Source: Cyanidioschyzon merolae (lineage: Eukaryota). From it: a stretch of DNA of 64,000 nt. The notes beneath the pieces were generated by a model that saw only the letters and a list, made by a program, of their open reading frames with translations, did not search any database and was not told the origin of the DNA. Of this stretch, positions 57,455 through 64,000 are shown piece by piece. The stretch is from the NCBI GenBank assembly GCA_000091205.1, contig AP006489.2; one strand, given 5' to 3'. Both the position numbers and the translations under genes were made by a program. Each line of letters begins with the position of its first letter. The stretch's first letter is position 1.

Positions 57455-58370
57455 TTACAGAACAGTGCAACGAGGACTGCATCCCTCCTTCTGTTCAGTT
57501 ATACCACAGGACGCAGATGAGAGAAGAACACAGAAAGAAACAAGTATATTTGCTCCGGCCCCAAAACTGGTATTCTTAACGTGTGCTTGCTGTAAATGGT
57601 AGAGAACAAGCAGTTGAGCACCTTTTACGGAAGGCAAAAGCAACGACACTAGCTACCACCGGCGCCTCTGTTTCTCTACAGCTTGTTCGTGTGGCACTGA
57701 AAACACTGGGATAGAGTCGCAGAAAAAGGGTGCTAGTTCATGAATGGCCATTTTCCATAGGAACCACGACTACAGCGTTCCTGGAACGTCGCAATTGGTA
57801 TTAGGGACCGAAAAGGCGACCTGTTTTCATCAGTAGATGACACTTGCTTCGGCCGAAACGGTCGCAGCGGCTATGGGTATTTGCGGAGCACGGAGCCCGT
57901 GGTATGTACAATCGAACTCCAAGAGGACTAAGACATCATTATCTGTTCGACCTGCATTGGATACATTTGGCGGCATCAGTTTCCCCCGTAGAGAAAGCTC
58001 ATACTACAGCACCAACCACTGTGTCGAATTATTGAAGACCTTTTCTCCTGAATGTCTCTTGACGCCCTTGTATTGAACGTTGCATTTCAACGTTCCGCTT
58101 GCGTTCGAGCTTTTGTCGATTCTATCTGGGTAGAGCTGCTTTTCGATCCTCCGTGCTTAGCGTGTTTCAACCCCATCGAACGAGTCTTTCGTATCCTGAT
58201 ACGTAATGATCGCTCCACTGGACGAAGCATCGAAGCTTTGAACACGCGGTGACATTCCGGGACACCTGTCGTCTTTCTTGTACAAGTGCTCCTCTCGCAG
58301 GGAACGCCCTCACATGAGGGCATGAACAAGTGCGTTCATTTTGAAGAAATAAAAAATCCAAGGGAAAGGT
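57455..58370 (+). repeat. Interspersed repeat family C, copy 2 (diverged), lying about 285 bp downstream of family B copy 2
   Basis: See family C copy 1. Similarity begins near acagtgcaacgaggactgcat (versus acagcgcaaaatggactgcat upstream of copy 1) and ends after the ttgaagaaataaaaaatc block. Confidence 0.55.
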
Positions 58371-59042
58371 ATCGAAATGGAACACGTGGATGCTGGATGC
58401 CCGACGTCGCCGGGTTCGGCGAAAAAAACGAAAAAAATCCTCTTCACGCCGACCAACGAGCGATAAAGCACAACTGACGAAGAATAAGGGCAAGAGGGCA
58501 GGTAAGCGAGCTCGGCTGGGCTTGCCCGATTTCAGGATGACGAGGCTGTGGTGCCCCTGAGGGCACGAGTTCCAGCAATCCTCGCATTGGTTCGTTCAAC
58601 CTCAGGCAATCACCGCGTAGACTTCGTGAGCCCGGACTTTAACGCTGTTCTTAATATCACAAGATGTACAGTGCTGAAGACGAGACTCGAGGAGCTGATG
58701 CGAGCCAGCTTGGTGTGGCAGCCTCGAATACTCGACGTATCCAAGAAGACCTGAAACCGATAGCAGGCGGCCGGTCGGAAAAAAAAGCCGGCAGGCATTT
58801 GGACGTCGCCATACGTTCGCCCTACATGTTCGTGAGCGTTTGTTCGTTTCCGAGACAATGCACTCCCAGTCTCAACACAAGTCGTGCGCTTGGAACAGGG
58901 TTTTTTTTCAAGTAGAGAAAACTCAGGTTCAGAGCTGCACTAGACACTTGTTGCTTGCGAGGACTCTCCAATTCTGACGTTTGTCTTTGCCTTCACACAC
59001 ACACACACAGACTCACACCCGGCGACGGATAGCTTCGCAAGT

Positions 59043-60347
59043 ATGACAGCAGACGTCTGGCTTCAGACGCTCGTTGGCGACGAGCTTCTCTTACGCAACT
59101 GGTGTGAAAGGGATCGAAACACGACTGGTGAATTAATTGCTCGCGTACTTTCCGAGTACGGTCTGGTGTGGGAACCCAACGGAGCCGACGCTGACGTCTT
59201 ACGCGTCGAGCAGGAATACTTTGGCGCCGGCGGAGAGTTCTTCGTCTTGGAGCATAAGCCTACCGCACAGATTGTAGGTTCTGTCGGCTGGTATCCACTG
59301 CCTCCCGAGACAAACGCGCCACTGCGGGCGGAGCTTCGCAAAATGTACCTTGAGCGCTCTTTTCGTGGAAGAGGGTTGGGTCGTCTGCTGTTGGCCTTTG
59401 CAGAGGCACGTATTCGCCAGACGAGCTGCGCTCCCTGGCAAGTGATCCTCGAGTCCGCATCAGTGCTCGAACGTGCCTGCGCACTATACCGCCGCTCGGG
59501 GTACACCGACCTGGCGGCGGCGACGAATCAAACCAAGCGATGCGACGTGGTGCTGACAAAGTGGATCGCTCCGCTTGCTCCTCTCTGTGGCGGGCCAGCG
59601 AGCCATAGCCATGCACCACGGCATGAAGCCGATAACCAGAACTGTTTGGCATGCGGAGAGCATGTCGACACTTGGACGCATTCGTGTTCTGCTGTGCACT
59701 TCGCCATTGCCAGCTGCGCGACGGCAACGTTCGGTTCGATAGTGGCGTGGTTACCCTTATCCTTGCGAGCGCCTGTGCCGACTTTGTGGCGAGTGACACT
59801 CTGGCTCGTCCAAAAACAGAACGCAGACGTCTCCTCTGCACAATACATGTGGATGCGTGCGTCGAATAGCGCTTCGAGTCGAGCGTCGCCGAATCTTTCA
59901 TGGCATTTTCTATACTGCACGCCGTGGTACACGATGATGGATGGAAACGGTGCTCATGGCGCATGTGCTTGTGACTGGGCGTGTGCTTGTTGTGCTTGTG
60001 GTGGCAGGTGCTGCTCGCCGTTGCCTCCGAGCTTGCGGTGCGGTGCGAATCCGCAGCTCGCTTTTCGGCAGGTGCTTGTACCGGGACCCGCGTCTGCGCA
60101 AGTGCTTCTTCTCCCAGGGCCGCAGCATCAATCGCTCGTTGCTGATCTGTGTTTGTTGCGTCTCCGTGACGTAAAGCAGCAGCGCTTTTCAGACGATGAA
60201 GCGATGGCTGCCGCAGAATATCTCTGGTGCAGGTGGGACGAACTCGCTCAGCGCATCGCTGAATGCGATCCACCGATGCGAGCGTTCCTTCAACAGGTCT
60301 GGCGTATACTGGACACAGTTCGCTGTTCGTTTGAGCCCGTGCGATAA
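59043..60347 (+). CDS. GNAT-family N-acetyltransferase domain protein (domain in the first ~180 aa; the C-terminal ~250 aa of the ORF is of uncertain reality)
   Basis: FFVLEHKPTAQIVGSVGWYPL...LRKMYLERSFRGRGLGRLLLAFAEARIR...YRRSGYTD matches GNAT motifs A/B (acetyl-CoA binding R-x-x-G-x-G/A). The downstream part has no recognisable similarity and includes a Cys-rich stretch translated from a tgtgcttgt-type simple repeat. Confidence 0.5.
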   Translation: MTADVWLQTLVGDELLLRNWCERDRNTTGELIARVLSEYGLVWEPNGADADVLRVEQEYFGAGGEFFVLEHKPTAQIVGSVGWYPLPPETNAPLRAELRKMYLERSFRGRGLGRLLLAFAEARIRQTSCAPWQVILESASVLERACALYRRSGYTDLAAATNQTKRCDVVLTKWIAPLAPLCGGPASHSHAPRHEADNQNCLACGEHVDTWTHSCSAVHFAIASCATATFGSIVAWLPLSLRAPVPTLWRVTLWLVQKQNADVSSAQYMWMRASNSASSRASPNLSWHFLYCTPWYTMMDGNGAHGACACDWACACCACGGRCCSPLPPSLRCGANPQLAFRQVLVPGPASAQVLLLPGPQHQSLVADLCLLRLRDVKQQRFSDDEAMAAAEYLWCRWDELAQRIAECDPPMRAFLQQVWRILDTVRCSFEPVR

Positions 60348-61749
60348 GCACATAACGTTCTCTAGCGCAAAAAATGACAACAATTCACGCAGAGCGGGTT
60401 TCGGGTGCGTGCATTTCATTATGCAGGGTTAACGTTGCGGGCACGAGCGTCGAGTCCAGGTACCGTGTCGAGTCAGCGAATGTGCGCTGGTCAGGGCTTT
60501 GGTTTCAAGAAGCGTGCTGCACTTGTGTTGTGCATCGAGACAGAGGCGTCTATTCCAAGGATTGCTGGGTTCGGTGCGAGGATCGAATAGAAAGCGCACT
60601 TGCCAGGTTGAAACAGGGTGCAAGACGCACACGGTGCCAGGCGGGTCGTTGCACTGGCACTGAGATCCCGCGAGTTTCCGTGGCAGATGCTACACTACAT
60701 TGCACCGGCTGATAACGAGTCTGGTGTTCGCTGATGCGGTAGATATTCATTTTGCAGGGTACGCATCTGTGTTTGGTTTCGAATACAGCGTCGGCGTCCG
60801 TGGAAAGGGAAACGAAAGGTTGCCGCAGCGTTACCCAGGACATCAGAGGCACACCTGCTGTGCGGTGGTGGTACATGATATGCATGGAATTGAGCGTGCA
60901 GCATTTGTTAACTCGAGAATGCGTTGATGGAGCCGAGTTCATCAGCATGAGAAAAGTTGCCTGTGAGTCGCGTTCCCCAAAGGCGGGCTTCTGGTTTCCT
61001 TTACATTAGCCAATGTCCAAGAAGCGCAACTGTATGAGATGTGACACGGGGCTGTATGCGGGGCGAGAAAGTCTGCGAGTCGTGCTCGAAGGCGCTTGCG
61101 CTACGACGCGGCCTTTCATCGGTAAGCGCCGATTGACGGGCTCTGGAGAAGCGCACAGTAGTGCATGCGCTCATGGGTTGCCTGACGTGCGGTGACCACG
61201 GTACTCTCGCACACCGCAACAGATAGACAGGCTACTCAGCGAACGCGACGCCCTCTGCACGACCCGAACGCATATGAAACCTACCAAAAATGATGTCTGT
61301 TGGGGTCATTTCTTGCCTTGCTCTGTATTCCGCGTGAATGATGTACGTGCACAATTCGGGGCAAGTACACCGCGTGCATCGGCTCGTTGAGGGCATTGCC
61401 TCCATCTCTCCTGCTAAAGCTCAGCATGCAAGCACTTGCCGATCCTTGGTGGCCCTGAGGAACCTGCCTACTACCAGCTGTGGTCGTCCACGACGATTTT
61501 CTCGTCGTGCAGCGCTTTTGAACGCGCTCGGCAAAGTGCTAGATGCATTGCGCTTTCAAGCGCGCTCTCTCTCTCTCTCGCTGATCACGAAATCATCGAT
61601 CGAGGTGCCCTGCAGAGCCCCGACCTGACCCAGATGCCACCGGGGACATCCCAGGAAAGCCACCATGTCGCCAGATCCGTCAATGAAGCAGGCACCACGG
61701 CTTGCTCCGTTTCATGACCGAGGGTGGCGAGTGCGCACAGCGTCACCCA

Positions 61750-61769
61750 GTGTGTGTGTGTGTGTGTGT
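61750..61769. repeat. (GT)10 microsatellite
   Basis: The run gtgtgtgtgtgtgtgtgtgt is read directly. A (CT)n run lies at about 61566-61580 nearby. Confidence 0.95.
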
Positions 61770-62272
61770 ATGCACGCATCCTCATGCGTACGTCTACAGA
61801 GAGCCACATATAGGTGTATACGCATTTCGCTCGCAAAGGGAAAATGCGTCTCATTAGAGTATGTGGAATTTGCTTCGGAATTTCCCGCTGCACAAGCATG
61901 TGCCTCTGTCTTGGATGTATATATCACATTGGACTCCTCTTCCGGATACGCACAATGCTGTCTGTGACCAAAGCATGCATGTCAGCTTCAGTGCAAGTGC
62001 TTCCGGACGGTACCACTTCTGATCGTATCGCATCGTATAGAACACAAGATCGATTCGGTCAGTGATCCGGCAGTCGCTGAGCCCATCGTCATGACGCAGC
62101 GGCACAGGCCAGGGCATTGCAATGCCTTGGCACACGACGCTTCAAAGCGTCGACTAGCCAGCGCTGGTTCGGGGCTCATTATCCTTCCTGGACCCCAACA
62201 GGGCGACTTTGAACACATGAGCGCACGAGTCAGCGATGCCAATCGGTGCTAGGGATCGTAGGTTCAACGAAT

Positions 62273-62734
62273 TTATCGTTTTGCGTCTGATACATGAGAT
62301 GTCTGGGCAGCGTGTCTGCGAATACCAGCTCGGGCTACGTTCCTCCGGTGGGCGCGGCTCTGTTTATGTCTCGCAAGCGTGCACGCTCGCGCAAAGTCCC
62401 GCTTGCACGTCGTGCAGCGCAGCGTCGCGTTGGCTAACGCTCCGCTCGATGGTGCGACTGCTTCCTCGCTTTGCGAAGCACTGGGCGTGTTCGAAGGCCC
62501 TTGTTGGGACGCTGAGCTTCGTCGTTCTCTTGATGGAGGCGTCTGCCGCCAGTTTTCCAAACTCTGACTTTCGCTGGTCACCAAGCTCGTGGGCTGTCGG
62601 ACCAGCTCGACTGTCTGTGGTGCCCAAGACAGCGCCACGGGTGCCTCAGACTCGAAGGGCTCGTCCATTGAACTCTCCGAAGACGGTCGAGTCACCGCAA
62701 TGGGTACGCTCCCGGTAACAGGGAAGGCGCGCAT
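62273..62734 (-). CDS. Possible small C2H2 zinc-finger protein
   Basis: 153-aa ORF containing one C-x2-C-x12-H-x5-H spacing (CTTCKRDFARACTLARHKQSRAH), preceded by Ser/Pro-rich low complexity. Weak support: a single finger and no other similarity. Confidence 0.25.
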   Translation of the reverse strand: MRAFPVTGSVPIAVTRPSSESSMDEPFESEAPVALSWAPQTVELVRQPTSLVTSESQSLENWRQTPPSRERRSSASQQGPSNTPSASQSEEAVAPSSGALANATLRCTTCKRDFARACTLARHKQSRAHRRNVARAGIRRHAAQTSHVSDAKR

Positions 62735-63399
62735 GAGCTCCCGAAGTGCGCAGCGCTGTCGGTGCGACGAGCTTCACTGCACGTTCAAGGCAAAACGGTT
62801 GAACTGTGGCGCAACGCCCTACCGGTAGCGGTTTGAAACCGGGGCATCCAGGTGGCCCGATTTGGCTTGACCTTTTCTGTCAGGTTGATACAATGATTTA
62901 TCATAAATGTCAGGCTTTGTTTCAGCTGCGTTGCCTGACGGCTGAATTTGGGATGATTGCCACGACATGGCCGGTGCGCTGCTCAATGAGAGAGAACTCA
63001 TTCGCGACCAATGCGTTTCAAAGGCAGCGGCGCTAGCGCCTGTGGAAAACGCTACCCCCGAACGAGTCACGAGAGGGATCGACGGAGGCTCCGTATTATC
63101 CTGTGAGAATGCACTAAAGTCGGCGGAACGTAGCGGTGTCGAAAGAGGAAGGCTGGTGTTGGCCCTGGACAGCGGTACCAACTGCGCAGCTGAGAGACGA
63201 CGGCTGGAGTCGTCGATTTGGCAACGTAGGAGTAAACCTGCGCGCATGGTAGAATCAGCGACCAGAACCACGTCCAACTGAATGGGAACACTGAAGTCTT
63301 TGTTCTGTTTCTGCTTGTCGATTTTCCCGGTGTTTTTTGGTGTCGACCCTGCACTTTTGGAAGTGAAGCAAGAAAGGCACACAGCTTACCAGTTAGTTT

Positions 63400-64000
63400 A
63401 CGTTTCCCGGTTATGTTTTTGACGTGACTCGTTTCGCGCTTTGCCGCTGGAACTCGTGACATCCTGGAACAACGCTGCGCAAAACTACCAGAATCATCAT
63501 TCCATGCTCATGCACGAGCCTCCACGGTTCACCTTCGCTTTCCAAGTAGCATACGCAAATCACGCAGTGTTCAAGTATTTGATCTTTGTGTTTCACTGCA
63601 AATCGTGGGCGCTTCAATTCGTGTCGCTGGACTGAAGATGACCAGTACACGATATCGTTGATTGAAGACCTTTTCACATGCTCATGCCGAAAGTTCATTG
63701 AACTGTTCGAGTCGAACAATGAACTCTGCTCGAAAGACAAATCCCTCTCTATTTCCGGTCGTCGAAGGATCAGCATTCGACTGCAGCATGATACCGCTGA
63801 CGGGATATGATCCCAGAGGCGCCGGTCTCTTCCGTTCACAAACGGAACAGCGTCTTGGACTTAGGCTTTCGCGATGGCAACGATCGCTTCCAGTAGAGAC
63901 ATCGTCATCGCTTGCCACAGAGGGAGCGTAGGCGGATCGAGATTTCTCGACCCGTCCTCCAGCACAGGATTTTTTTCCGATACCCGTTTCATCATGGATA
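63400..64000 (+). repeat. Degenerate family-B-like element fragment including the conserved core (about 63765-63905), truncated by the window end
   Basis: gcattcgactgcagcatgataccgctgacgggatatgatcccagaggcgccggtctcttccgtt...cgatcgcttccagtagagac aligns with the family B core gcattcgacagcagcatgacaccggtcacgggatatgctcccagacgctgttgtctcttccgtt...gcgatcgctttctgcggagaatgc. Weaker similarity continues upstream. Confidence 0.5.

Noticed and set aside
59260-60351. 363-aa minus-strand ORF antisense to the GNAT gene
   Set aside because: It has no recognisable domain, is Arg/Ala/Ser-rich as expected for antisense frames of GC-rich coding DNA, and fully overlaps a plus-strand ORF with a clear GNAT domain. 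It is kept only as a caveat in the findings.

Overview
The window is eukaryotic nuclear DNA, not a prokaryotic locus. It is GC-rich (roughly 55-60% by eye) and intron-poor. It carries about 16 long uninterrupted ORFs on alternating strands, each translating into a full-length eukaryotic housekeeping protein: NSUN2-like RNA m5C methyltransferase, ROK sugar kinase, RIO1 kinase, purple acid phosphatase, RPB9, proteasome lid subunit RPN7, ThiC, an amidase-signature enzyme, a GT8+GT64 fusion glycosyltransferase, mitoribosomal mL54, a LETM1-like protein, squalene synthase, RNA polymerase III largest subunit, a SEL1L/Hrd3-like Sel1-repeat protein, a GNAT acetyltransferase, and a small C2H2 protein. 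Several genes sit head-to-head over short (about 0.4-0.8 kb) shared upstream regions. No operons, CRISPR arrays or prokaryotic defence genes are present. The intergenic space is colonised by a superfamily of about 1.35-kb non-coding interspersed elements: family A in 3 near-identical copies, family B in 2 copies, plus degenerate copies. These share a conserved core of about 130 bp containing a GCGATCGC palindrome. Also present are a more diverged ~0.9-kb repeat family C (2 copies, each near a B copy), an 88-bp tandem satellite (6 units) and many dinucleotide microsatellites. A ThiC gene with a transit-peptide-like leader, a plant-type LETM1-like gene and intronless, strand-alternating genes suggest a compact-genome, plastid-bearing protist or alga. 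A red-algal-like or similar intron-poor lineage is a low-confidence guess. The strand alternation argues against a kinetoplastid. All identity estimates are by eye and no database search was possible.
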